From NCBI GenBank assembly GCA_965223155.1, contig CBDCVR010000014.1, forward strand, positions 801,793 through 865,792: 64,000 bases of DNA, written 5' to 3'. This document shows positions 21,385 to 32,453 of the stretch, in pieces. Position 1 is the first letter of the stretch. Each line of letters opens with the position of its first letter. Below the pieces are notes generated by a model, which saw only the letters and a list, made by a program, of their open reading frames with translations, searched no databases and was not told where the DNA came from. The translations under genes were made by a program, and so were the position numbers. The stretch comes from Candidatus Multivoradales bacterium. GTDB lineage: Bacteria; Acidobacteriota; Thermoanaerobaculia; Multivoradales; JAHEKO01.

Positions 21385-22028
21385 GCTACCGCCGCCACCA
21401 GATCGTCGAGTACCGTCCGCACCTGGCGCTCGGTGCGCCTGCGGCTGCCGCTCGAATCGACCGTCCGGAAGCGTTCGGGCGCGGCCTCGGCCAGCGCCAA
21501 ATAGCCGTCCCGTACGCGGCGGTAGAACTCCAGCTCCTCGGCATCCAACCGGTCGATCCCCCCGGGCTCGGCCCGGCGGGAAGCGCCCTGGCCGCGCTCG
21601 AAAGCGAGCTCGGCCGGCAAGTCGAAAAGCAAGGTGCGATCGGGCACCCGGCCGCCGGTAGCCAGGCGGTCGGTCTCGGCCAAGGTCTCAAGCGCGACTC
21701 CGCGCCCGTAGCCCTGATACGCCATCGTCGAATCCGTGAACCGGTCGCAAAGAACGACCTTGCCCGCGGCCAGCGCCGGATCGATCACCTCGATCAGGTG
21801 CTGGCGTCTGCTGGCGAAGACGATCAGGGCTTCCACGGTCCCGTCCACGGCCCCCGACGCCGGATCCAGAAAGACCGTGCGCAGTCCGTCGCCGAGGGCG
21901 GTGCCGCCCGGCTCATGGGTGACCACGGTCTCGACTCCGGCGCGTCGCAGCCAGGCCGCGGTGGCATCCAGATGCGTGGACTTGCCGCTGCCGTCGAGGC
22001 CCTCGAAGGTAACGAACATGCCGGCCAT
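21381..22028 (-). CDS. tmk: Thymidylate kinase
   Basis: MAGMFVTFEGLDGSGKST P-loop start. The track ORF (to 22595) is over-extended. Confidence 0.85.
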   Translation of the reverse strand: MAGMFVTFEGLDGSGKSTHLDATAAWLRRAGVETVVTHEPGGTALGDGLRTVFLDPASGAVDGTVEALIVFASRRQHLIEVIDPALAAGKVVLCDRFTDSTMAYQGYGRGVALETLAETDRLATGGRVPDRTLLFDLPAELAFERGQGASRRAEPGGIDRLDAEELEFYRRVRDGYLALAEAAPERFRTVDSSGSRRRTERQVRTVLDDLVAAVA

Positions 22029-22176
22029 CGCGGCCAAGATAGCACGCGGGTTCGAGGCCACCGGACACGGCATTCTTGACAAGCGCGGCTCGTTTGACGA
22101 GGATTCCCGCTGTCCTCGATCGCTCGGCCGAACCTCCATCGCACCCTGCAGCCACGAGGACCCAACGACCCACCCC

Positions 22177-23310
22177 ATGAAGCTCCTGGTACCTCGCGAG
22201 AGCGATCCCGAAGAACACCGCGTGGCGGCCACGCCGGAGACCGTCTCCCATCTCTCCGAACTCGGGGCGACGATTCTCGCCGAGAGCGGCGCCGGCGCGG
22301 AAGCGGGATTCTCCGACGGCGAGTACGTCCAAGCGGGGGCGGCGATCGCCGGCACGGACGCCTGGGCCGAAACCGACGGAGTGCTCAAGGTCGGACCGGC
22401 AAGCGCCGACGAAGCCGGGCGACTCCGCCGCGGCGGCCTGCTGGTCGGGCTGCTCGAGCCCGACCGCCACCTCGACGCGGTCCGCGTCCTGGCCGAGCGC
22501 GAAGCCACGGCGCTCGCGCTCGAGCTCGTGCCCCGCATCACCCGCGCGCAGTCGATGGACGCGCTCTCGTCCCAGGCTTCGATTGCCGGATACAAAGCCG
22601 TGGTCCTGGCGGCCAGCCGTCTCGGACGCTACTTTCCGCTACTTATGACCGCGGCGGGCACCGTCCCTCCAGCCAAGGTCGTCGTCATCGGCGCGGGCGT
22701 GGCCGGACTCCAGGCCATCGCCACCGCCAAGCGGCTCGGCGCCCTGGTCGAGGTCTCGGACGTGCGCCCGGCGGTCAAGGAGCAGGTCGAGTCTCTAGGC
22801 GGACGCTACATCGACGTGCCCGATTCCGAAGCCGCCGTCGGCGAGGGCGGCTACGCCAAGGAAGTCACCCAGGATTTTCTGAACCGGCAGCGTGAGATCT
22901 TGACTCAGCACATTGCCGCCGCCGACGTCGTCATCACGACTGCGTTAGTCCCGGGCCGGCCGGCGCCGCGCATCGTCAGCCAGGCGATGATCGCAGGCAT
23001 GAAGCCGGGATCGGTGGTTGTAGACATCGCGGCGCCGCGCGGCGGCAACTGCGAACCGACCTGCCCCGGCGAGGAGGTCGTCCACAACGGCGTTCTGATC
23101 CTGGGTCCGGTCAACCTACCGGCCACCATGGCTCACGACGCCAGCACCTTGTACGCCCGCAACATCCAGGCGCTAGTGGAGCTCGTCCTCACCGATGGCG
23201 AGCTCGCCGTCGATCCCGAGGACGAGATCCTGGCCGGCTGCCTGCTGACCCACCAGGGCAAGGTCGCGCACGCCGCCACCCGCGAGCTCCTCCAAGAGAA
23301 GGTCTCCTGA
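22177..23310 (+). CDS. pntAA: NAD(P) transhydrogenase subunit alpha part 1 (PntAA)
   Basis: Alanine-dehydrogenase/PNT N- and C-domains with a VVVIGAGVAGLQA Rossmann motif. The real ATG is at 22177; the track ORF starts at 21736. Confidence 0.85.
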   Translation: MKLLVPRESDPEEHRVAATPETVSHLSELGATILAESGAGAEAGFSDGEYVQAGAAIAGTDAWAETDGVLKVGPASADEAGRLRRGGLLVGLLEPDRHLDAVRVLAEREATALALELVPRITRAQSMDALSSQASIAGYKAVVLAASRLGRYFPLLMTAAGTVPPAKVVVIGAGVAGLQAIATAKRLGALVEVSDVRPAVKEQVESLGGRYIDVPDSEAAVGEGGYAKEVTQDFLNRQREILTQHIAAADVVITTALVPGRPAPRIVSQAMIAGMKPGSVVVDIAAPRGGNCEPTCPGEEVVHNGVLILGPVNLPATMAHDASTLYARNIQALVELVLTDGELAVDPEDEILAGCLLTHQGKVAHAATRELLQEKVS

Positions 23311-23662
23311 TGGGCGAGCTTCTAATCGGACTCTACGTCCTCGTCCTCGCCATCTTCGTGGGCTTCGAGATCATCACCAAGATTCCGCCCACCCTGCACA
23401 CACCCTTGATGTCGGGCGCCAACGCGATCTCGGGCATCACACTCATCGGCGCGATCCAGGCGGCGCGCTCGGGCTCGGTCGAAGTCTCGAGCGTCCTCGC
23501 CTTCCTGGCCATCGTCTTCGCCACGATCAACGTCGTCGGCGGCTTCCTGGTCACCGACCGCATGCTGGCCATGTTCCGATCAGGCCGATCGGGCCGATCG
23601 GGTCGATCAGGTGGGGCCAAGCAAGCCGCGGCCGACTCGTCCGGTCCCTCGGAGAGCGGCTG

Positions 23663-23663
<1 letters not shown>
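23310..23663 (+). CDS. pntAB: NAD(P) transhydrogenase subunit alpha part 2 (PntAB), with a low-complexity (SGR)n C-terminal tail
   Basis: 117 aa, three TM helices, between pntAA and pntB. 1-nt overlaps with both neighbours. Confidence 0.8.
23577..23612. repeat. 4 x 9-bp tandem repeat (cgatcRggY) inside the 3' end of pntAB, encoding an (S/G)R repeat
   Basis: Read directly: cgatcaggc cgatcgggc cgatcgggt cgatcaggt. Confidence 0.6.
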
Positions 23664-25060
<1,397 letters not shown>

Positions 25061-25169
25061 GGGCCCGGCCGGGCCGGTAGACCGCCCTGGCGAGATGGGG
25101 GCGCGCAGCCGGCCCTGATCGCACAGGCCACCGAGGCTTGCAGGCGGCGGGCCTTGCTAGAGTAGCGAG

Positions 25170-26390
25170 ATGCGACAGTCCAACCGGCGGGCGATGGCCT
25201 GTGGGGGCTTCTTTCTCTGCCTCCTCGCCGTCTCCCCGCAGGCCCATAGCCACGACCAAGATTTCGGGGAACCCTGGAGCGGCAGCGGCCACACCGGGCA
25301 GATTCTGATCCCGCAAGCCGGGCGCATCCTCGAGTTCCCGGCCCGCAAGGTAGCCCTGCTCTCCTGGTTGAGCCCGGAGGACCTGAGCGGCTCGGTCCAG
25401 CGGGCAAACGACGTCTGGGGATACCTCTCTCCAGCGGGACGCGAGTACGCAATCGTGGGGCTCCAGACGGGAACGGCGTTCGTCGAGGTCACCGACCCCG
25501 AAAACCCGGCTGTCGTCGCGATGCTCCCCGGAGCGGCATCATCCTGGCGCGACATGGCCTCCTACAAGGGATTCGTCTACAGCGTGAACGAGACTGGAGA
25601 CGGCATTCAAGTAGTGGACGTCCGCCGCATCGATAGCGGCAAGATTCGATTGGTTCGGACAGTCCGGCAACTGGGCCTAGCGACGGTTCACAACATCTCG
25701 ATCAACCCGGACTCGGGCTTCGCCTACCTGAGCGGCTCGAACCTGGGAGGCCTGGTCGCGGTCGACCTGTCCAACCCGGCCCGACCCACGGTCGTATCGA
25801 CCAACTGGCCCTTCGCCTATGTGCATGACGTCCTGGTCGTGAGCTACGACAAGGGGCGTCATGCCGGCCGGGAAATCGCCTATGCGTTCGCAGGGCGTTC
25901 GGGCCTCGCCATCATCGATGTCACCGACAAGACCAACATGTTCGCGATCTCGGTTGACCGGTACCCGGGCCTGGCGTACTGCCATAGCGGCTGGCTCGAT
26001 GAGAACCGGCGCTACCTCTACGTCAACGATGAGCTCGACGAGCGTGAAGGCAAGGCCGAGCGCGCCACCGTCCATCTCTTCAAGGTCCAGGACTTCGAAA
26101 AGGCCCGGTACGTCAAGGGCGTCGCCACGGGCCCCCCAACGATCGACCACAACAACATGGTGCGCGGTCAATTCCTGTACCAGGCCAACTACGAATCCGG
26201 CCTGCGCATCCTTCGCATCAAGCGCCCCAAGGCGCCACGCACGGTCGCTTTCTTCGATACTTTCCCCGATGGCAACGCCAAGAACTTTCGCGGTGCCTGG
26301 GGCGTCTACGCTGGCCTGCCGAGCGGCGTCGTCCTGGTTTCCGACATCCAGCGCGGCCTGTTCGTCTTGATGCCCCCGGCCAGTCGTTGA
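25170..26390 (+). CDS. Secreted beta-propeller protein, choice-of-anchor B / LVIVD-repeat family
   Basis: Signal peptide, then repeated blade-like segments (ANDVWGY...YAIVG; GFAYLSG; LAIIDVTD; LYVNDE) resembling the choice-of-anchor B family. Confidence 0.5.
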   Translation: MRQSNRRAMACGGFFLCLLAVSPQAHSHDQDFGEPWSGSGHTGQILIPQAGRILEFPARKVALLSWLSPEDLSGSVQRANDVWGYLSPAGREYAIVGLQTGTAFVEVTDPENPAVVAMLPGAASSWRDMASYKGFVYSVNETGDGIQVVDVRRIDSGKIRLVRTVRQLGLATVHNISINPDSGFAYLSGSNLGGLVAVDLSNPARPTVVSTNWPFAYVHDVLVVSYDKGRHAGREIAYAFAGRSGLAIIDVTDKTNMFAISVDRYPGLAYCHSGWLDENRRYLYVNDELDEREGKAERATVHLFKVQDFEKARYVKGVATGPPTIDHNNMVRGQFLYQANYESGLRILRIKRPKAPRTVAFFDTFPDGNAKNFRGAWGVYAGLPSGVVLVSDIQRGLFVLMPPASR

Positions 26391-26654
26391 GCCCTCGGGG
26401 CCGCGATACCAGAGCGTCCGCCGCCCCCTGAGAACGGCGCCGGGCCGAGGCTCTCGGAGCCGGCCCGCGCGACGACCTCGGCTCGGTCGCAGGTCGGCGC
26501 CCGGCTCAAGGAACCCCATGGCAATCGCACGGAGACCGGGCCCCGGCCGGCTCCCGACTCGCGCCGAGATTCTCTCCGCACTTGGCGCTCAACCCTTCCG
26601 CACCGTAAGATCGGGGCCGACCCTCGAAACGCGCGCGGCGCAACCGGTAGCCAG

Positions 26655-28583
26655 ATGGGCGAACACAACATCCGGCGTGGAGCCGACTCCCAGGAGATCC
26701 GGGACTTCACCAAGAAGCTCCTGACCGATCTGCGCGCCCTGGAGCGTCTGATCGAGGAGAACCGCCTGGAGGAGGACGCCCTGCGCATCGGCGCCGAGCA
26801 GGAGGTCTTCCTGGTCGATCAGCACTGGCAGCCGGCCTCGGCCAGCCGCGAGGTCCTCGAGCGCATCGACGACGAGCACTTCACCACCGAGCTCGGCCAG
26901 TTCAACCTGGAGTTCAACCTGGATCCGATCGACATGGCGCCGGGCTGTCTGCTCGCCCTCGAGAAACAGCTCGACGAGCTCCTCCAGAAAACCGTCGCTG
27001 CGGCGGAAGACGCCGGCGTTCATGCAGTGCTTACGGGCATCCTGCCGACCCTCGACAAGTCGCACCTGAGTCTCGACAACATGACGCCGATGCCACGCTA
27101 CTTCCAGCTCAACGACGCCATGACTCGGCTTCGCGGCGGCGCCTACGACTTTCGCATCAAGGGCCGGGACGAGCTCCTCGTCCAGCACGACAACGTCATG
27201 CTCGAGGCCTGCAACACCAGCTTTCAGGTCCACTTCCAGGTCTCGCCCGAGCGCTTCGTCAGCCGCTACAACCTGGCCCAGGCGGTGGCCGCGCCAGTGC
27301 TGGCGGCCGCGGTCAACTCGCCCCTGCTCTTCGGCAAGCAGCTTTGGCGCGAGACCCGAATCGCCCTTTTCCAGCAATCGGTGGACACGCGCTCGCCCAC
27401 GAGCCACATGCGCGACCTCGCTCCCAGGGTGAGCTTCGGCCGGACCTGGGTCCACGAGTCCGCCCTCGAGATCTTCCAGGAAGACATCGCCCGGTTTCGG
27501 GTCATCATGGCGACCGAGGTCGATGAGGATCCGTTCGAAGTCCTGGCCGCCGGCGGCGTGCCCAAGCTGCCCGCCCTCCGGCTCCACAACGGCACCGTCT
27601 ACCGCTGGAACCGACCCTGCTACGGCATCTCGAACGGCGAGCCGCATCTCAGAATCGAGAACCGCGTCCTGCCGGCCGGGCCCACGGTTCTGGACGAGAT
27701 GGCCAACGCCGCCTTCTGGTTCGGTCTGATGAGCGGCGTCGCCGAGGAGTTCGGGGACATCACCAAGGTGATGACCTTCGAGGACGCTCGCGAGAACTTC
27801 GTCAAGGCGGCCCGGCTGGGCCTGGGCGCCCAGTTCGACTGGCCTCAGCGGCCGCAGGTCGCGGCCCGCGACCTGATTCTCGAGGAGCTGTTGCCAATGG
27901 CGCGCCACGGGCTCCGCAGCCTGTCGATCGAGGACACCGAGGCCAACCGGTATCTCGACGTCATCGAAGAGCGCGTCCGCTCCTCCCGTACCCCCGCTCA
28001 GTGGATGGTCGAATCCTACGTCGCCATGCGCCAGCAAGGCGGGGAGTCCGAGTCCCTGGCCGGGCTCGTAGCCGCCACCGTGCAACAGCAACGGCGAGGC
28101 GAGCCGGTCCATACCTGGGAGGCCGCCAGCATCGACGACGCCGGCAACGAGAAGATGCATTACCGGCGAGTCAAACAGCTCATGGTCACCGATCTCTTCA
28201 CCGTCCACCATGACGAGCTGGTCGACATGGCGGCCTACGTCATGAACTGGAAGCACATCCGCCACGTGCCGGTGGAAGACGACGAACACCGCCTGGTCGG
28301 TCTGGTCACCCACCGTTCGCTGCTGCGCCTGCTGGGAGAGAACCTGGCCAGCAGCCAGAACCGGGCAGTGCCGGTCAGCGAGATCATGCAGACCGATCTG
28401 GTCACTGTCGAACCAGAGACTCCGTCGGTCGACGCCATCCGCCTCATGCGGCAACACAAGATCAGCTGCCTGCCCGTGGTGACCGAAGGCAATCGCCTGG
28501 TCGGCATCGTCACAGAGCGAGATTTCATGGGCATCGCCGGCCAGCTCCTGGAGAAGTTCCTGAGCGAGGACGAGGCGGGTTGA
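26655..28583 (+). CDS. Glutamate-cysteine ligase family 2 (GCS2/YbdK-like carboxylate-amine ligase) fused to C-terminal tandem CBS domains
   Basis: The N-terminal ~480 aa match GCS2 (EQEVFLVD..., NLEFNLDP, HFQV). The C-terminal ~140 aa form a CBS pair (VTDLFTVHHDELVD...HVPV; MQTDLVTVEPETP...LPVV...LVGIVTERDF). Confidence 0.75.
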   Translation: MGEHNIRRGADSQEIRDFTKKLLTDLRALERLIEENRLEEDALRIGAEQEVFLVDQHWQPASASREVLERIDDEHFTTELGQFNLEFNLDPIDMAPGCLLALEKQLDELLQKTVAAAEDAGVHAVLTGILPTLDKSHLSLDNMTPMPRYFQLNDAMTRLRGGAYDFRIKGRDELLVQHDNVMLEACNTSFQVHFQVSPERFVSRYNLAQAVAAPVLAAAVNSPLLFGKQLWRETRIALFQQSVDTRSPTSHMRDLAPRVSFGRTWVHESALEIFQEDIARFRVIMATEVDEDPFEVLAAGGVPKLPALRLHNGTVYRWNRPCYGISNGEPHLRIENRVLPAGPTVLDEMANAAFWFGLMSGVAEEFGDITKVMTFEDARENFVKAARLGLGAQFDWPQRPQVAARDLILEELLPMARHGLRSLSIEDTEANRYLDVIEERVRSSRTPAQWMVESYVAMRQQGGESESLAGLVAATVQQQRRGEPVHTWEAASIDDAGNEKMHYRRVKQLMVTDLFTVHHDELVDMAAYVMNWKHIRHVPVEDDEHRLVGLVTHRSLLRLLGENLASSQNRAVPVSEIMQTDLVTVEPETPSVDAIRLMRQHKISCLPVVTEGNRLVGIVTERDFMGIAGQLLEKFLSEDEAG

Positions 28584-29143
28584 GGGTGGCATCCGCGCGC
28601 GCCGCCGCCGCCCTCCTGGCCGTGCTCATGCCGATGACAGCGGCTTGCGCGCCCGCTCCCGAGGCGCCGCCCCAGAGCTCGGCACCCGAGCGAGTCGAAA
28701 ACGACGCGCTCGGCATCGCCGTCGCCGCCGTACCGGCCGTCTTCGAGGTTGTCGCCGGCGATGACGCGACCATCCAGCTCGGAACGCCCTCGCTGCCAAC
28801 GCTCGGTCGGATAACCGTCAGCGCCGGGCCGATCGACCCCTACGGCATCAATCTGGTCGAAGCCGTCAAGGCACGCCGGGCCGAGTTCGAGGCCGCCCCC
28901 GGCGGCGAGTACTTCGGCAACCGCGAGCTGGGGACACCGATCGGCACCGCCTACACCGCGCGCGGAGCCTACGATGGCTCCGAAGGGCGAATCGAGGAAA
29001 CCTGGGCCTTCGCCGTCCACCCCAGCGCCAACCGGCTGCTTACGGTGATCTACGCCTACCCGCCCGGCGAAGGCCAGGAGCGGGTCGGGCACCTGCTCGA
29101 GCTCCTGGGCGAGATCGAAGCCCACTACAGCGGCCCGTCGTAG
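28580..29143 (+). CDS. Hypothetical secreted/lipoprotein
   Basis: 187 aa; N-terminal signal with a possible lipobox (LMPMTAAC). TTG start overlaps the upstream stop (GTTGA), so it is translationally coupled to the GCS2-CBS gene. GTG at 28586 is an alternative start. Confidence 0.4.
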   Translation: MRVASARAAAALLAVLMPMTAACAPAPEAPPQSSAPERVENDALGIAVAAVPAVFEVVAGDDATIQLGTPSLPTLGRITVSAGPIDPYGINLVEAVKARRAEFEAAPGGEYFGNRELGTPIGTAYTARGAYDGSEGRIEETWAFAVHPSANRLLTVIYAYPPGEGQERVGHLLELLGEIEAHYSGPS

Positions 29144-29215
29144 GGACCGCGGCGGACGGTACAGGTGGCGTGCCCCCGGCCAGCCAAACGGGGTCTGCCG
29201 GCAGGCTCTTCCCGG

Positions 29216-31090
29216 CTAGGCCGCCCGGGTGCCGTACTGCAAGAGATGCAGCCGGTAGTAGATCCCCCGGCGCTCGAGAAGTTGTTCGTGGGTCCCTTCT
29301 TCGGCCAGGCGGCCCTTGTGCAACACCAGGATGCGGTCGGCCCGCCGGATGGTCGATAGCCGGTGGGCGATCACCAGGGAGGTGCGGTTCGCAAGGAGCT
29401 TGTCCAGGCCGATCTGGATTCTCTGTTCGGTGTCGCTATCGATAGACGAGGTGGCTTCGTCGAGGACCAGAATCTCGGGATCAAAGGCCAGCGCCCGGGC
29501 GAACGAAACCAGTTGCTTCTGCCCCACCGAGAGGCCGGCGCCGCGCTCGCGGACCACGGCCTCGAAGCCCCCATCCAAGCGCTCAATGAAATCCAGGGCC
29601 TGAACCTCGCGGGCGGCCCAGCGCAACCGTTCGCCGTCGATCCGGTCGTCGCCGAGCCGGATGTTGTCGGCGAGCGATCCTGAAAAGAGAAATACGTCCT
29701 GGAGCACGACGCCGACGGAGCGGCGCAAGCGCTCGAGGTCCCAGTCCCGGACATCGATTCCGTCCACTTCGACCCGGCCGGTATCGACGTCGTAGAAGCG
29801 CTGCAACAGAGCGGCCAGCGTGCTCTTGCCGGCGCCGGTGTGCCCCACGATTGCCACCGTCTCGCCGGAATGCACCTCGAACGAGACGTCGTGCAAGACC
29901 GGCTCGCCTTCGAGATATCCGAAGGTCACGCCGGCAAAGGAGATCTCACCCCGCACGCTCGCCGGCTTGAAGCCTGAGGCCGCCGACTCCAGCTCGACCT
30001 CGTGATCCAGGAGCTCGAAGATCCGCTCCGAGGCAGCCATCGCCGCCTGCAAGATGTTGTATTTCTCGGACAGATCCGCGAGCGGGCGGTAGAAGCGCTG
30101 GGCGTACTGGAGAAACGCCACCAGCGCGCCCAGCGACAGGGCGCCGGCCATGACCCGGCCGCCGCCGTACCAGAGCACCAGCGCGACGCCCACGCTGGTG
30201 ATGAGCTCGACCGCGGGATAGTAGACGGCGTAGTAGAAGATCGCTCGGATGTTGGCGACCCGGTGGGCATCGTTGATCTCCTCGAACTCGCCCAGCGCCT
30301 GGCGCTCGCGGTTGAAGAGCTGCACGATCGCCATGCCCCCGATGTGCTCCTGAAGAAAGGAGTTGATCGCAGCCAGCTTCTCCCGGACCTCACGGTAGCT
30401 CTGGCGCGCCCTCAGCTTGAACCAGAAGGTCAGCAGAAACAGAAACGGCAGGATGGCGAAGGTCACCAGGGCCAAGCGCCAACTGAAGGCGAACAGAACG
30501 CAGACGATCCCACCCAGGAGCACGATGTCGCCGAAAATCGAAACCAAGCCGGCGGTAAAGAGCTCGTTTAGCGCGTCCACGTCGTTGGTGACTCGAGTCA
30601 CCAGCCTCCCGACCGGCCGGCGATCGAAGAAGGCCACCGGCAGCCGCTGCAACTTGGCGAAGATCGAGTGGCGCAAGTCGCGCATGATGAACTGGCCCAT
30701 CACGTTCATCAGGAGTGCCTGGAGGTACAGAACCCCGAAGGTCAAGAGGAGCGCCGCCAGGTACACGCCACCGACGAGGATCAACCCCTCCTGGTCGGTC
30801 AGACCCGGGGCTACCCGGGCCAGGAACGTCTCGACCCAGCGGCTCACCGCCGAGATCTCTCCGCCGGGACCGGCGGCGTCCCCGACCCAGAGATCGAGCG
30901 CCACCGCCGTCGCCAGCGGACCCACGAGCTGGAGCAGCGACGAGAAGACGATGAGCGCCACCGCCGTCGCCGCCATCGGCCAGTACGGCCTGAGGTACCC
31001 GATCAGGCGCCGCATCAACTCGGCGTCGTACGGCCGCGCCGCCGCGGGCTCCTCGGCTGGAATCGCCGGACTCGGAGACTCGTTCGACAA
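29216..31090 (-). CDS. ABC transporter, fused permease/ATP-binding (type I exporter, MsbA/multidrug-like)
   Basis: 624 aa; 6-TM domain plus Walker A GHTGAGKST, the LSVGQKQL signature and Walker B ILVLDEATS. Confidence 0.85.
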   Translation of the reverse strand: MSNESPSPAIPAEEPAAARPYDAELMRRLIGYLRPYWPMAATAVALIVFSSLLQLVGPLATAVALDLWVGDAAGPGGEISAVSRWVETFLARVAPGLTDQEGLILVGGVYLAALLLTFGVLYLQALLMNVMGQFIMRDLRHSIFAKLQRLPVAFFDRRPVGRLVTRVTNDVDALNELFTAGLVSIFGDIVLLGGIVCVLFAFSWRLALVTFAILPFLFLLTFWFKLRARQSYREVREKLAAINSFLQEHIGGMAIVQLFNRERQALGEFEEINDAHRVANIRAIFYYAVYYPAVELITSVGVALVLWYGGGRVMAGALSLGALVAFLQYAQRFYRPLADLSEKYNILQAAMAASERIFELLDHEVELESAASGFKPASVRGEISFAGVTFGYLEGEPVLHDVSFEVHSGETVAIVGHTGAGKSTLAALLQRFYDVDTGRVEVDGIDVRDWDLERLRRSVGVVLQDVFLFSGSLADNIRLGDDRIDGERLRWAAREVQALDFIERLDGGFEAVVRERGAGLSVGQKQLVSFARALAFDPEILVLDEATSSIDSDTEQRIQIGLDKLLANRTSLVIAHRLSTIRRADRILVLHKGRLAEEGTHEQLLERRGIYYRLHLLQYGTRAA

Positions 31091-31222
31091 GGCCGGAACG
31101 CTACCACGTGGAGGCTGCTAGAACCTCTAGGACAACGTACGAAGCGAGCCGTTGGAAACCGAAGATTCACGGGACCGCCGTGGCGACAATGACGACACAA
31201 ATTCGCCCTCGGCGACAACAGG

Positions 31223-31236
31223 TGTCACTTGTGACA
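31223..31236. promoter_or_regulatory. Perfect palindrome TGTCAC-TT-GTGACA in the divergent ABC-exporter/pilT promoter region (candidate operator)
   Basis: Read directly; it sits in a locally AT-richer patch (gtgacatttttcgcaaag) about 90 nt upstream of the pilT ATG. Confidence 0.3.
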
Positions 31237-31325
31237 TTTTTCGCAAAGACGCCTTCCGACCCGTTGCTATACTCCCGACATCCGTTGCCGCCCCTGGGAT
31301 TCCCTTGGGGCAAGAAAGGGATGGT

Positions 31326-32438
31326 ATGACCGCGTCTCTCAACCAACTGCTCAAGGAAATGGTCGATCGGGGTGCCTCCGACCTCCACATCACGACCAAC
31401 TCCCCGCCGCAGATTCGCATCGACGGCGTCCTGCATCCCCTGGACCAGCAACCCCTGAACCCGACCGAGACCAAGAAGCTCGCGTATTCGATCCTGACCG
31501 ACAAGCAGAAGCAGCGCTTGGAAGAGACCTTGGAGCTGGATCTCTCCTTCGGCATCAAGGGCTTGGCTCGCTTTCGCGCCAACATCTACCACCAGCGTGG
31601 CGCCGTGGCGGCGGCCTTTCGCCAGATCCCCTATGAGATCCGGAGCTTCCAGGAGCTGGGCCTACCGACCGTGGTCCAGAGCCTGTGCGAGAAACCTCGG
31701 GGCCTAGTGCTGGTGACCGGTCCCACGGGATCGGGCAAGTCGACCACGCTCGCCGCCATGATCGACAAGGTCAACCGCGAGCGCGCCGAGCACATCATTA
31801 CCATCGAAGATCCGGTGGAATACCTCCACCACCATCAGAAGTGCGTGGTCAATCAGCGTGAGCTCAATGCCGATACGCTGAGCTTCGAGTACGCGCTCAA
31901 GTCGGTGCTGCGCCAGGACCCCGACGTGGTCCTCGTCGGCGAGATGCGTGACCACGAGACCGTGGAAGCAGCGCTCCGCATCGCCGAGACCGGCCACCTC
32001 ACCTTCGCCACGCTCCACACCAACTCGGCCGCCCAGACCATCAATCGGATCATCGACATCTTTCCGGCCCACCAGCAGTCTCAGGTTCGGGTCCAGCTAT
32101 CCTTCGTTCTGGAAGGCATCATGTGTCAGTCCCTCCTGCCGCGAGCAAGTGGCAAGGGACGGGCCCTGGCCATGGAGATCCTGGTGCCCAATGCGGCCAT
32201 CCGGAACCTGGTCCGGGAGGACAAGATCCACCAGATCTACGGCATGATGCAGACCGGTCAGGCCAAGTACGGAATGCAGACCTTCAACCAGTCGCTGGCG
32301 GCTCTCTACTTTCGCCGCCAGATCACCATGAAGACCGCCATGGCTCGTTCCTCGAAGCCCGACGAACTGCAGGAGATCATCGCGCGTGGCGCCGCCACGC
32401 AGCAGGCCGGGTCCCGCCCACGGGCGGTGGGCCGCTAG
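31326..32438 (+). CDS. pilT: Type IV pilus retraction ATPase PilT
   Basis: MTASLNQLLKEMVDRGASDLHIT..., Walker A GPTGSGKSTT, Asp-box, and a His-box/AIRNLIRE-like motif. The real ATG is at 31326 with an AAGGGA RBS; the track ORF starts at 31152. Confidence 0.9.
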   Translation: MTASLNQLLKEMVDRGASDLHITTNSPPQIRIDGVLHPLDQQPLNPTETKKLAYSILTDKQKQRLEETLELDLSFGIKGLARFRANIYHQRGAVAAAFRQIPYEIRSFQELGLPTVVQSLCEKPRGLVLVTGPTGSGKSTTLAAMIDKVNRERAEHIITIEDPVEYLHHHQKCVVNQRELNADTLSFEYALKSVLRQDPDVVLVGEMRDHETVEAALRIAETGHLTFATLHTNSAAQTINRIIDIFPAHQQSQVRVQLSFVLEGIMCQSLLPRASGKGRALAMEILVPNAAIRNLVREDKIHQIYGMMQTGQAKYGMQTFNQSLAALYFRRQITMKTAMARSSKPDELQEIIARGAATQQAGSRPRAVGR

Positions 32439-32453
32439 GAAGGAAGTTTCGCC

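Noticed and set aside
22029-22595. N-terminal 190 codons of the 404-aa tmk track ORF, and 21736-22176 of the pntAA track ORF
   Set aside because: Tmk and PntAA homologues begin at the internal Mets (MAGMFVTFEG... at 22028; MKLLVPRE... at 22177). The upstream stretches overlap each other divergently and have no motifs.
25061-25095. GGGCCCGGCCGGGCC palindrome after pntB as a rho-independent terminator
   Set aside because: It is a GC palindrome but has no following T-run, so at best it is a weak or factor-dependent terminator. It is not listed as a feature.
26589-28592. 667-aa minus-strand ORF antisense to the GCS2::CBS gene
   Set aside because: The plus-strand product has two recognisable domains (GCS2 and CBS pair). 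The antisense product has no motifs and junk-like composition.
31223-31236. CRP/FNR/LexA identity for the TGTCAC-TT-GTGACA palindrome
   Set aside because: Half-site orientation and spacing do not match CRP (TGTGA-N6-TCACA), FNR (TTGAT-N4-ATCAA) or E. coli LexA (CTGT-N8-ACAG). It is kept only as an unassigned operator candidate.
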